From Prasinococcaceae sp. CCMP 1430 (taxonomy: Eukaryota > Plantae > Prasinodermophyta), in NCBI GenBank assembly GCA_013416795.1, contig RQSC01000019.1, forward strand, positions 277,654 to 329,121: a stretch of 51,468 nt of DNA. The letters run 5' to 3'. Numbering within the stretch: the first letter of the stretch is position 1; each line of letters opens with the position of its first letter. The notes under the pieces are model-generated. The model had not been told where the DNA came from, did not search any database, and saw only the letters and a list, made by a program, of their open reading frames with translations. The translations under genes and the position numbers were made by a program. Of this stretch, positions 1 through 11,126 are shown piece after piece.

Positions 1-18
1 GGCGACCGCGGCGACGCG

Positions 19-2001
19 GTGGGAGCCAGCACGCGCGTCGAGCGCGCGGCCGCCGATGCGTTCGCCGCGCGCGCCGACGCGTGCGTCTGCGTGAACGCGT
101 GGGTCGAGCTCGGCGAGAGCGGCGCGCCCGCCGTGCTCATGCGCTTCGGCTCGCCGCGGCTCGACTTCCCCGACGACGTCACGCGCGTGACCGCCGTGGT
201 CACGGAGCAGCTGTACGCGGCCACCGGCGTGCTGCTCGAGCGCACGGAGGACGGCGCGGCCGCGCTGCCCTTCCCGCTTCCCGCGGGCATCGACGCCGAA
301 GCGCTCGTGGAGCGCATCCAGGCGCTCGCCGAGGCCGAGAGCGTGGTGGCAATCATGGAGAAGGGCTCCGACGACCGCTCCATCTTCACCGGGCCCGACT
401 TCACCAACAAGTACCACACCGGCATGCGGCCCATCGACTGCCCGCGCGAGATGATAAACCGTGGGAGCTGCACGAGCAGCTCGCCGACGCCCGGGGGCCA
501 CGCCGCGGCCGTCCAAACGGCGCGCGCGCTGTGGGAGATCCCCGTCGGCGACGAGGCGGAGGGGGCCCTCATGGGCGACGTCGCCGACCGCATCGTCGCC
601 TCGCTCGGCGGGGGCGGCGACGACGTGCGCGCCGTCGTCTGCCCGAGCGGCACAGATGCCGAAACGATCCCGCTGCTGCGCGCGGTGCTCACGTCGCGTC
701 GGCTGCGCCGGCAGGCGCTCGGCGAGGCCGCCGCCCAGGTGCTGCCCTTCGACTCCGCCGAGCTCCGCGGCAGCGTCACCTCGGTGGTCGCTGCGGCGGG
801 CGAGGTCGGCAGCGGCACCACCAACGCCGCGCGCGGCGAGTACTTCAGCACGCTCTCCCCCATGGGCGGCGGAGTGAGCAAGGACGAGGCGCTGCCCGAG
901 ATGGAGCGCCTCGCCGACTGCCACGCGGTGGAGTGCCTGGGGCGCCAGCCCGGCACGGCGACCGGCGAGCACAGCGCGGCCTGGGCCGACGCCGAGGTGG
1001 ACGCCGCGGCGCGCGCGGCGCTCGAAGCCGACGAGCACGCAGTCGTGGTCGTCCACGTGGTCGCGGGCTCGAAGACGGGCATGTGCACGCCAAGCGAGTC
1101 CGTGGCGGAGGGCCTCGTGGCCGACTACGGCGCCGAGCGCGTGGTGTGCGTGCTGGACGCCTGCCAGGTGCGCCACGGCGAGGCGCTCATGCCGCGCTGG
1201 CTGGCCGCCTACGGCTGCTCCCTCGTCACGAGCTCCAAGTTCTTCGCGGGCCCCTCCTTCGGCGGTGCGGTGCTGCTCTCGGATGACTTCGCCGAAAGGA
1301 TCGAGGCCGACCTCGCGGCCGAGCCCGGCTCCGCGCGCGTGGCCGTCGCCGACGCCGTGCAGTCGTACTTCACCCGCCACGAGCTGGGCGATGCGCTCCC
1401 TGGGCTCCGCTCCCTCCTCGGCGTGGGCGCGTGCAACGCCGGCCTGCTGCTGCGCTGGGCGGCAGGGCTGCACGAGATCGAGACGCTCCAGGAAGCGCAA
1501 TCACTCGCAGGCGGCGAGGCGGCCGCCGGCGCGGCCGTGCGGCGGTGGGTGTCCGCAGTGCGCTCGGAGGTGAGCTCCATGGGGCCATACCTCTCGCTGC
1601 TGCCGGCGGAGCAGTACTCGGACGAGTGGCAGCTGGGCGGCACGTGCTCCATCGTGAGCATGCGGGTGCGGGCAGGCGAGGGCAAGCCGCTCCTGAATGC
1701 CAAGGAGCTGCGCGAGGCTTACCGGCTCATGGCCGATCCAGAGTGCGGGAAGCTGCTACCCGCTGACGCCACCATCACCGAGCGCGCCGCGTGCAACTTC
1801 AAGGTGATGATCGGCCAGCCCGTGGACATCCCCGGCGGCGCGGTGCTGCGCACGTGCATGGGCGCGCCGCAGCTCAAGAACATCCTCCGAGGCACCGACG
1901 CCGAGGCGGATGCCATGGTGGCCGAGCAAGACGTGCCCGTGCTGCGCAAGCTCGCAATTATCGCCAAGTACTCAGAGTCGCTCATCGGGGCGCTCGCGTA
2001 G
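19..2001 (+). CDS. Uncharacterised PLP-dependent (class-V-aminotransferase-like fold) protein, 5'-partial
   Basis: Long ORF with coding-like codon use, open to the window edge. Motifs CPSGTDAE, LDACQVR (D-A-x-Q) and TSSKFFAGPSFGG (Lys at 1237-1239) follow the fold-type-I PLP pattern. Substrate unknown. Confidence 0.6.
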   Translation: MGASTRVERAAADAFAARADACVCVNAWVELGESGAPAVLMRFGSPRLDFPDDVTRVTAVVTEQLYAATGVLLERTEDGAAALPFPLPAGIDAEALVERIQALAEAESVVAIMEKGSDDRSIFTGPDFTNKYHTGMRPIDCPREMINRGSCTSSSPTPGGHAAAVQTARALWEIPVGDEAEGALMGDVADRIVASLGGGGDDVRAVVCPSGTDAETIPLLRAVLTSRRLRRQALGEAAAQVLPFDSAELRGSVTSVVAAAGEVGSGTTNAARGEYFSTLSPMGGGVSKDEALPEMERLADCHAVECLGRQPGTATGEHSAAWADAEVDAAARAALEADEHAVVVVHVVAGSKTGMCTPSESVAEGLVADYGAERVVCVLDACQVRHGEALMPRWLAAYGCSLVTSSKFFAGPSFGGAVLLSDDFAERIEADLAAEPGSARVAVADAVQSYFTRHELGDALPGLRSLLGVGACNAGLLLRWAAGLHEIETLQEAQSLAGGEAAAGAAVRRWVSAVRSEVSSMGPYLSLLPAEQYSDEWQLGGTCSIVSMRVRAGEGKPLLNAKELREAYRLMADPECGKLLPADATITERAACNFKVMIGQPVDIPGGAVLRTCMGAPQLKNILRGTDAEADAMVAEQDVPVLRKLAIIAKYSESLIGALA

Positions 2002-2158
2002 GCGGTGCGCCTGGTGCGGCGTCCGCGGTGTAGCAACTTGACCACCCGTGCACACACTGGCACGTTCTCTGTACTTCCGACGTCGACCGCGCGCTGCTCC
2101 GCGCGCGCGCTCGGTGCGCGCTCCCGCCCCTTGCATGTACAAAAAAATTGCGGCAAAC

Positions 2159-3981
2159 TTACAATCGGAGGCGCTTGTGCTGGCGGCCGCCGCCGCCGCC
2201 TCCGCCTTCCTCCCCGGCGCCGCGCTTTCCTGCTGCTTGTGGCGGCTCGTCCTGCCCGAAGGCCCCCTCGTGTTTCTCGCCGTGCTTCTCCTTGAGCGAA
2301 TTGCGAATTCTGCCCAGCTGCCTGTCGACGTGCGCGTCGTAATTCTTTGTTTTCCCATCGTCTTCCCCCAAGCCGTCGTCGTCCACGTAGCGGCCCATGT
2401 CCACGTCCATGCCGTACTCGTACCCGCCGTCGGCATCATCGGCGTCGAACGCGCCGAAGGCCATGTCGCCCTTGGGCGCCTTTCGCACCTTCTGCGCGGC
2501 CGGCGCAGACGCCGCCGCGAGAGCTGCGGGCGCTGCCTTCGCGGCGGCGCGGTCCCGCTCCCTCTGCTCCGCCTCTTCGGCCTTGGCATGCCGTGCATTG
2601 GCGTCGGTTTTGGCTGACAGGCCCTCGAAGTACGCGGCCTTGGGTGCGGGCGCAGGCTCGGGCGCGGGCGCGAGCTCGGGCGCGGACATGTGCGGCCCGG
2701 CCGCGTCTTCCATCCCGGGCAGACCATAGTCGCCGCCATCGCCGCTCGGCATCTGCGGTCCGGCCGCGTCCTCCATCCCCGGCAAGCCATAGTGACCTGC
2801 GTCTGCGGGTACTGCCGGCCCCTCAAAGCCCTCCAGGCCATAATCGCCACCACTCGAAGGCATCTGCGGTCCCTCGGGCGCCGCAGTCGGCGCGGCGGCA
2901 GGCTCGCAGACGTACTCGTCGTCCCCGACGTCACCAAAGATGTCGTCGTCGATATCGCTGCCGCCGTCGTCGGGCGCGCCGCCAGCGGGCGCGGCCGGGC
3001 CCTGCGCGGCTGCCTGCGCGGCGTGTAGCTGCGGGAGTGGCGGGGGTGGCATGACACCGGGTGGTGGCCCGCGACCCTGGCCCTGCCCCTGTTGGCGCCC
3101 CTCGCCCGTGGGCGGCGGCGGCGGCATTTCCGCGCCGAGGCCCGGCACGTTGTCGATGCCGGCCATCGAGGCGGCCTCCGCGAGCCCCTGCCGCTTCAGC
3201 ATGGCCTCCATTTGCTCGACGGTCATGCCCATGGACTTGGCAACCTTCTCTTTCTTCTTGGAAAACTTGCGGCGCTCGCTGGTAGTGCGCATGTAGCTCA
3301 TGAGTTGGACGATCTTGCTGATGACCAGCGTGTCGGCGCTCACGAGCACACGCTCCTCGTCAGCCTCCCACTCGGCGCGCGGTCGCTGCAGCATGGAGGG
3401 CACGTCCGACGCCACGCCGCCGCTGGCAGCGCCTTCGACCATGTCGAACACGTACGCCGTACGCCCGCGAGTGAAGGTCGCCGCGGCGCGCTCTCGCCTG
3501 GCAGTCGTCGTGCCGTTGACCGCGACCTCGAAGATCGCCTTGGCGGCCTCGCTTTTGAAAGCGGCTGGCCGCTCGCCGTCTGCACCGTCCCCGTCCTCCT
3601 GGCGCGTTTGGCGCTCCATCTCCGCGAGCTCCTCACGCGTGCGCTTGAGCAGCTGCACGTCCAGTCCCTTCACGAGGTGCGTCGTCTCCGCGTCCCCCCC
3701 CAGCAGCTTGCTCTCCTCGACGCTCAGCCCTGCGCGCAGCTCCTCGCCGGCGAATTCGCCCGCGGCAGCGGCGGCCTCTGCGCGCGCTTCCAGAGCGCCC
3801 TCGCGGCGCTCCTTGGCGCGGTCACGGTACCTGGGGCCGTCATCTTCTTCGCCCTCGCCCTCCCCACCCTTCTCCCCGCCCTTCTTCACCAGCTTGCCCT
3901 TGCGCCAGACCATGCCCTTGGGCGTAGGCCTCGCGGCGCGCGGCGCGCTGGGCGGCGCCGGCCGCTCGGCGCCCGTCTGCG
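2159..3981 (-). CDS. RED/IK-like spliceosomal protein (SMU2 family); N-terminus runs into the gap at 3982-4005
   Basis: RED_N motifs PRYRDRAKERREG and SKLLGGDAETTHLVKGLDVQLL, acidic middle, C-terminal RQLGRI segment. TAA at 2161-2159. Confidence 0.85.
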
Positions 3982-4005
3982 NNNNNNNNNNNNNNNNNNN
4001 NNNNN

Positions 4006-4886
4006 GCCCGCCGGTCGCGTGCGCGCGCGCAGCAGGGCGCGCTCGCGCTCGCGCCCGTCCCGGCCGAGGGCGCATCGCCCAAAGCCGAGGCGGTGGTGCT
4101 GCCAAGTGCACCTGCGCAGGTGAGCGTCGGCGCGGGTGCATCCAGCGACGTGGTGGTGCAAGGAACACTCGTGTCGGACGCGCACGCCACGCTCTCTCTT
4201 GAGTCCTCTGGAGCTGTGACCGTCGTGGACAACGGCTCCACCAACGGGAAGTGGGTGCGAGGCAAGCGCATCAACACGGCAACGCTGGTGCGCCTCGGCG
4301 ACATGGTCTCCTTCGCGGGTGCGGACGTGCTCGTGGATGGCTGTGAACCATATCGCCTCGCACCTACTGCCGAGGACGGCCAGCCCGCACTGCGAATGCT
4401 AGGGCGCGTGGCCTTCCCCGGGGCGGTGAAGGCGCCTATTCTGAACGCGAGATTGTACAATTGGGCGAGCACGCTCACGCAGGTACGTCGCGCTTTGTGT
4501 CCACGCGCGCACGCGGTCGTCGGATGCGGCCGCGCCGCACCTTGGCACTCTGCGCTCTCTTGCGAGCGACATTCGCTGACATCTCGCCCGCGCAGGATGG
4601 CAACCTTCCGCTCGTGCTCCCGCTGCGCGTGGACGCCGAAAGCAACGGCGTGCGCCTCGCCCTCTGCACGGACGGCCAGGGCGGCGAGGCGCTCACGGAG
4701 CTTTGCGCACTGCGCATCGTGCTGGAGGAGGGTGCTGGCGATGAGGAGGATCTGTTCGTGAGCATCTGGCTCATGCGGGGGACGAGCAACGAGGCTGCGG
4801 TGCCTGATCTTCCCCTGATCATGTCGTCGCTGCAAACGTTCCTTAAGGCGTCCGTGAACCAGGCCGTACGCGACATGCGCATGTGA
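4006..4886 (+). CDS. FHA-domain protein; exons <4006..4482 and 4596..4886, start lost in gap
   Basis: FHA core VSDAHATL...VDNGSTNGKWVRGKRI...LGDMVSF. Intron 4483-4595 (GTACGT, GCTGAC branch, CGCAG) joins in frame to the 4461..4886 ORF. Confidence 0.75.
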
Positions 4887-5275
4887 GTGCGCGCGCGCAC
4901 GTGTAAAACGTCTTATTAGAGAGAGCCTGCTGTTTGCGCTGCGCACGAGGCGCGCGCGCGCTGCGCTCGTGCGGGCCCTGCTGTGACAACTACATCTCAT
5001 ACTCAATTACACAAAAAAATTGTCTCTGCGTCGTCTGCGCGAGATTGCGATGTCCATGTCCCATCATGCGGGCGCCGTTGCATGTTGTCAACGACGGCGC
5101 GTGTTTCTCACGTGTCCGCGACACAAGGCCCTTGCAGACCGCCAGCAGACTCATGAACGGCCTTGCAGGCACGTGCGCCATCTGTGTCCGTGGATGTCGG
5201 TTCGTCCGTCCGTCCGTTTGTGTGTATGTATGGCACGCGCGCGGGCGCGCGACCTTCAACGCCTGTGCGAATGCG

Positions 5276-6922
5276 TCACTGCGCCTCCGCGCCGCCGTGC
5301 ACCGGGTTTCCCGATGGCCCCATCGACATTGTCCGCGCAAATTGCACGAAGCTGACCCATGCGTCGGGTTTGAATAGCCCTTCCCCCATGCGCAGGAAGG
5401 TCATGGAGCTCATCCTACCCGCGCCACCGGCAGCGGGTCGATAGGCGTTCTGTACCATCTGCGTGTGGGCGTGCGCGTCGTAGCGAGGCAGCGCGTTCTC
5501 GCCGCTGACCTCGACGCCGCAGCGCGCGGCAGCCGAGCACACCTGCTCGAGCAGTCGCTCGGGCGATGAGTGAGCCTCTTGCGGCTGCTCGACGTCGCGC
5601 ATCTCCGCGCAGGTGAAGCTCACGCCGAAGCTGTGCCTTGCAAGCATCTCCAGCACGGGCGTGTAGCCATCCCTCTCACAGGTGTTGTAGAATCCCGCCG
5701 TGAGCTCGGCAGCATGCGCACACGAGTCGTACATCCAGTGTATGCCCGGCAGCTTGGCGTTGAGCCGCACCCCGCTGCCCGCGAACGCCTCGCTCGCCGC
5801 GCTCGCCACGCGCTCGCCGTGCGCGATGAGCGCGCCGCTGTACCAGTCGAGGAACCAATGCCCGTACGGCGTGCGCCAGCTGCCGTGAGCTTCGTCGGTG
5901 AAGAAGTCAGTCTCCCATGGCCGAGAGTTGTACCGGCCCGCATTGTGCGGCCCGCCGTGCCCCCACTTGGGCACACCGTCGAGCTCCGCGCACGCCTCCA
6001 GCGTGCTCAGCATGTACTTGTCGTAGCACTGGAACTCGCCAACGCCCGGGAAGGACCAGCGCGTGTCGCCCTGCGGATACGAGGGGAAGCGCATTTCACC
6101 CGCGGGGCCCATGCCCACGCTCACCTCTTGTATTGTGCCGCTTTCGCCCAGGTAGTCCGCGAACGCGTGCCGGAACGAAGCGCAAAAGTCGGCGTAAACG
6201 TGCACGGGCGTGCGCCCTCGCAGCAGCGGCAGCTCGTCCACGGCGAAGCTGAGGTACTCGCAGTTGCGAGCGCCCTCGCGGTCGGTGAAGAGTATGTCCG
6301 GATTCGCCTCCGCCTCCTCCAACACCCACAGCGGCAGGCTCACCAGGCAGCAATCGTTGACGTTGCCGCCGCACGCGTGGAAGCTCATCACGCACTGCAA
6401 CTTCAGGCCCGCCTCCGTCACCAGCTCGGCGAGCTCGAGGTAGGCGGACCAGTCGTAGACGCCAGGCTCATCGCGCTCCACGACGCCCCACCACACGTCC
6501 ACCATCACCCCTTCGACGCCCACGCTGCGCAGGGCGCGCAGGCCCGCAGCGAGCGCGCGTTTGTAGTTGAGCGTGTTGTCGACGCCAACGGTGTCTAGCG
6601 GCAGCATCACGTTGACCGGCACTGGGCCGTCGGAGCGCGGCGAGGGACCGGCCGACTCGGGCTTTTCGGGGGGTTTCACGCGCGGGCGCTCGGGCGTGCG
6701 CGGTGCCGGCGACGCCAGCGGCGCCTTCAAGGGCGCCGCGGCCGCACCACTGAAGCCCATGCTGCTCAGGTCGAGCGCGTCTGCGATCGCGGCGGACGAG
6801 GTGGACGCCGAAGCCGAGGTGGCGCGCTTGGCGGCGTGCGTGCCGCTAGGAGACGCGTCTGGCGCCGGCGCCTGTTGCTGCACGCCCCGTCGCCGGACGG
6901 GGCAGCGGCCGGGCGCACTGCG
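5276..6922 (-). CDS. BAM: Beta-amylase (GH14); 5' end in the gap at 6923-7247
   Basis: VMLPLDTV, GVMVDVWWGVVE, SFHACGGNVND, and both catalytic Glu motifs (GPAGEMRFPSYP and SGENALPRYD). Confidence 0.95.
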   Translation of the reverse strand, partial: RSAPGRCPVRRRGVQQQAPAPDASPSGTHAAKRATSASASTSSAAIADALDLSSMGFSGAAAAPLKAPLASPAPRTPERPRVKPPEKPESAGPSPRSDGPVPVNVMLPLDTVGVDNTLNYKRALAAGLRALRSVGVEGVMVDVWWGVVERDEPGVYDWSAYLELAELVTEAGLKLQCVMSFHACGGNVNDCCLVSLPLWVLEEAEANPDILFTDREGARNCEYLSFAVDELPLLRGRTPVHVYADFCASFRHAFADYLGESGTIQEVSVGMGPAGEMRFPSYPQGDTRWSFPGVGEFQCYDKYMLSTLEACAELDGVPKWGHGGPHNAGRYNSRPWETDFFTDEAHGSWRTPYGHWFLDWYSGALIAHGERVASAASEAFAGSGVRLNAKLPGIHWMYDSCAHAAELTAGFYNTCERDGYTPVLEMLARHSFGVSFTCAEMRDVEQPQEAHSSPERLLEQVCSAAARCGVEVSGENALPRYDAHAHTQMVQNAYRPAAGGAGRMSSMTFLRMGEGLFKPDAWVSFVQFARTMSMGPSGNPVHGGAEAQ

Positions 6923-7641
6923 NNNNNNNNNNNNNNNNNNNNNNNNNNNNNNNNNNNNNNNNNNNNNNNNNNNNNNNNNNNNNNNNNNNNNNNNNNNNNN
7001 NNNNNNNNNNNNNNNNNNNNNNNNNNNNNNNNNNNNNNNNNNNNNNNNNNNNNNNNNNNNNNNNNNNNNNNNNNNNNNNNNNNNNNNNNNNNNNNNNNNN
7101 NNNNNNNNNNNNNNNNNNNNNNNNNNNNNNNNNNNNNNNNNNNNNNNNNNNNNNNNNNNNNNNNNNNNNNNNNNNNNNNNNNNNNNNNNNNNNNNNNNNN
7201 NNNNNNNNNNNNNNNNNNNNNNNNNNNNNNNNNNNNNNNNNNNNNNNCGCGGCCGCGGCCGGCGGCGCGCGGCCGCGAATCCGACGCCCGGAAGATCAAA
7301 ATCAAATCGTCGGCGGGGGCGCGCGCGCGGCCGCGGCCCGCAGCAGCGGCAATTCCGCCACACCAAAACCGGGAATGGCAGGAAAGAGAAAGAGGGGAAG
7401 GCCACCCACGGGAGCCCAGCCAGTCGTACTGCACTTTCCCCCCGCGAACGATCCCGCTGCGCGCCGCGCCCGCCGCGGCCGCGTCGGCGACGCGCCAGCC
7501 TTCCTCTTTCGCCTTTCGCCATTTTCTGTCTGTCGCCTCGCTCCTTCTTCCCTTGCTGGCTGGTTTGCTTGGTGGTGTCCTCGGCCGAAGCGCGCGGCCG
7601 CCGCACGTTCCTGGCCATTCAATCAAAATCAATCCAACGGC

Positions 7642-7644
<3 letters not shown>

Positions 7645-7674
<30 letters not shown>
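7645..7674. repeat. (CCAG)7 microsatellite in the BAM/AlaAT divergent region
   Basis: Read directly from the sequence. Confidence 0.9.
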
Positions 7675-7710
7675 GGCCACCGGCCGCGGCTAGAGCTCGA
7701 GCCATCCACT

Positions 7711-7778
7711 GTACGGTGTACCATCCGGATGGTACTGTACAGTCTGAGCACCAGGCAAAGACGGTACAGTGTACGTAC
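7711..7778. promoter_or_regulatory. Cluster of 7 GTAC cores including an 18-bp perfect palindrome; candidate SBP-domain (CRR1-type) binding site
   Basis: GTAC at 7711, 7718, 7732, 7737, 7764, 7771 and 7775. Palindrome GTACCATCCGGATGGTAC at 7718-7735. Function inferred. Confidence 0.45.
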
Positions 7779-8150
7779 GTTGGGGTTTGAAGCCGAAAGT
7801 TGAATCCGAATTAGCCGCTGTTCGCGTTGCAATGGGGGGTGCGCGAGGTGCACCTCGATCAAATGCGAGGGAGGGGTCTTCGTGGAGGCGGGAGGAAGGG
7901 AAAAGATCGGCGGCGCGGCGGTGCGCTGCGCACCGGCGGGGGCTTCAGGGGCGGAGGCGGCGGTTGTCGCTTCTGCGTTGGTACGATGGCTGCCCGCGTC
8001 AGTGAAGCGGTTCGCAGCGAGCCAGTCCAAGGCGTTGACCGTGTCATCCGTGACGTCCCCCCACTCCGAGCGCTCCGAGACCCCCCTCGAGGCGCGAGAG
8101 GCAGGAGGCGCCCGTGCGTGCCGCACCGGGCGGGTCGCGCTGAGCGCGCC

Positions 8151-9871
8151 ATGGGCGCAGACGAGGCCACGCCCCACGCCGTGCGCGCGGGGGAGGTCGC
8201 CAACGGTTCCAACGGTGACGCGGGCGACGCCCACGCCGCCAAGCGCCAAAAAGTGAGCGGCTGCGAGGCCGAGGAGAAGGTGCTGTGCCCGTCCAAGGTC
8301 AATGCGAACCTGCGCACGATGCAATACGCCATGCGCGGAGAGCTCTACCTCAAGGCGCAGGCGATGGAGGAGGCCAACCGCGAGGTGATGTACCTCAACC
8401 TTGGCAACCCGCAGGCGCTGGGCCAGAAGCCCTTCACCTTCAACCGGCAGGTGCTCTCGCTCGCGCTGGGCGGCGATGCCGTGCTCGGCCACGAGCGCGT
8501 GGGCGAGCTGTTTCCGCCCGACGTCATCGCACGCGCGAAGGAGCTGCTTAAGGAGACCGCCGGCGGCAGCGTGGGGTCGTACACGGACAGCCGCGGCATC
8601 GGGCTGGTGCGGCGGGACGTCGCCGACTACATCGACGCGCGCGATGGCACGGCCACGTCGCATCCCGCGTGCACCGAGCAGATCTTCCTCACCGACGGCG
8701 CGAGCACGGGCGTCGGGATGATGCTCACGGCCGCCATCCGTGGGCGCGGCGATGGCATACTGGTGCCCGTGCCGCAGTACCCCCTGTACAGCGCGCTGGT
8801 GGAGCTGCACGGTGGCACCTTTCTCGGCTACGAGCTTGACGAGGACGCAGGGTGGGGCTTCAACCTCGAGTTGCTCGAGGGCGTTGTCGCGAAGGCGCGC
8901 GAGAGGGGAGTCACGCCGCGTGCGATGGTTTTCATTAACCCGGGCAACCCCACGGGGCAGTGCCTCTCCCATGAAATGCTAGAGCAGCTCATCAGGTTCG
9001 CCAAGCGTGAGCATCTCGTGCTCATGGCCGACGAGGTGTACCAGAGCAACGTGTGGGTCGACACCAAGAAGTTCATATCGACGCGCAAGGTGCTGCTCGG
9101 GATGGAGGAGGGCATCAGAGATAGTGCGTGGCGCTCGTTCGCGCGCGCGCAATGCGCGCGCGCGAGGCGTGCGAGGGCCGCGTGCACGCTCGGTGTGTGT
9201 GCTGACGCGTCGCGCGCGTGCCCGCCGCACCGCGCCGCGCTCGCACGCAACCGCGCGCCCCTGTGACGCGCGCCGCCGCTCTGAAAGGCGTCGAAGTGAT
9301 CTCGTTTCATACCGTGTCCAAGGGACTGCAGGGGGAGTGCGGCTTGCGTGGCGGCTACCTGGAGCTGCTCAACTTTCACCCCGACACGATGGCCATGGTG
9401 TACAAGATGGCGAGCGTCACGCTGTGCGCCAACGTGCCTGGGCAGCTTGCGGTCTCGCTCATGGTCAAACCCCCGCAACCGGGCGACGCCTCTTACGAGC
9501 TGTACGAGCGCGAATCGACGGAGCTGCGCGAGTCGCTGCGGCGACGCGCGATGCGCCTCGCTGGCGCCTTCAGGGGGCTCGAGGGTATGACCTGCAACGA
9601 CGCCGAGGGTGCGCTGTACATCTTCCCGCAGCTCCACCTGCCCCCGAGGGCTATTGCTGCCGCCAACGGTGCCGGCAGGCAGCCAGACCTGTTCTACTGC
9701 CTCGAGCTGCTCGAGGAGACAGGCATGTGTGTTGTTCCCGGCAGCGGCTTCGGCCAGAAGAACAACACCTACCACATGCGCGCGACGATCCTGCCGCCAG
9801 AGGACAGGTTGCAGGAGGTCATCGACAAGTTTGTCAACTTTCATGTCAAATTCATGGAGCGTTACAGTTGA
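8151..9871 (+). CDS. Alanine aminotransferase / glutamate:glyoxylate aminotransferase-like; join(8151..9123,9288..9871), ~518 aa
   Basis: YAMRGELY, NLGNPQALGQKP, YTDSRG, VFINPGNPTGQ, ADEVYQSN, SFHTVSKG.QGECGLRGGY, VPGSGFGQ. Intron 9124-9287 restores the frame (RDS|VEVISFH). No PTS1 at the C-terminus. Confidence 0.93.
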
Positions 9872-10081
9872 CTCGAGGAAGGTAGCCCCGCCGCGCCGTG
9901 ACCAGGTCGGCCAACCATCGCCAACGACGGCGCGCGCGCGCGACATACTTCGTCCGCACACACCAACGCTCAGCCACACTGCCCGCCACGGCAAGTGCCA
10001 TTGATAATTGCTTTTCTTAATGCTCGCGGGGCGCTTGCACCTGTAGCACAATGGGCCCACGTGGGGAGCCCCACGAGCGAG

Positions 10082-11086
10082 CTAATACCTCCAATCTGGT
10101 TGGCGCAAGGTAGGCGCATGAACGGATGTGCGTGGGCGGCGACGGCGCCGCCGCCTCGGTGGCGTCACGGTGTCCTCGTACGACATCCTCATACTATCCT
10201 TGCTGTGCGGCGCAAGCCTCTGGACGCGCTCCTCGACCTCCGCCAACACCTGCATCTGCTTGAGCACCGAAGCATCCTTGCGCGACTGCGGGCGCACAAT
10301 GTCAGACCCGCGGCCCAACGCGCCCACAAGTTCCGACTGTATGCGCGTGCCAGCAAGGGGCCGCGCACCGCCGCCCGGACGCAGGCTCACCTTCTTCTTC
10401 GCGCTGCCCCTCTCCCGTCCGCGCCCGCGCGCGCGCTCGATACTGTCGACGCCGGTGGGCGACTCGCGCGGGTGCGCGTACGCACCCTGGGCGAGCACGA
10501 GCCCCGCCTCGTCGCGCACCTCATTGACCAGCTTGGCAAGCCCCGCACGCGCGGCAACAGCGGCGCTGCGCCGCACTTCCTGCACGCGCAAGAGGCCAGA
10601 CACATCCTCCTCCAGCGGCGGGTCGCAGAACTTGTGCGAGACGCGCGACACAGGCGAGCGCGAGCCCACGTGCGCGCCCGTGTACCGGGGTGCCGAGCTG
10701 GGTCTCTTTCGCGCACGCGGCGAGCTCCTGGGTGCACTGTGGAACGAGCCAGGGTCCTCCATGTAAGCCACCACGCCCGCCTTTGGGCGCACCATGTGGT
10801 CGCGCAGGCGCCCGCCCCCGAGTGTGCGCGCGTGGTGGACCTGCTCTGCGGGCGGGCCGGCGATGCCCTCGCCTGAGACGCCCTCCGCAAACAAGGTGCG
10901 GCGCAGCTCTTCTGTGGACGACGAGCGCCGCATCGGCGTGTGAGGCAACTCGGACACCGGCGAGCCTGGACGCATTGGTGAGCCACCCGCGTGCTGCGGC
11001 GATTCCGGCCGCCCCGGTGCACCGTGGCCGTAATCGTTGCCACCCCGCAGCGGCGGCAAGCTCTGCCGTCGTGCGCCCTCTACGGC

Positions 11087-11126
<40 letters not shown>

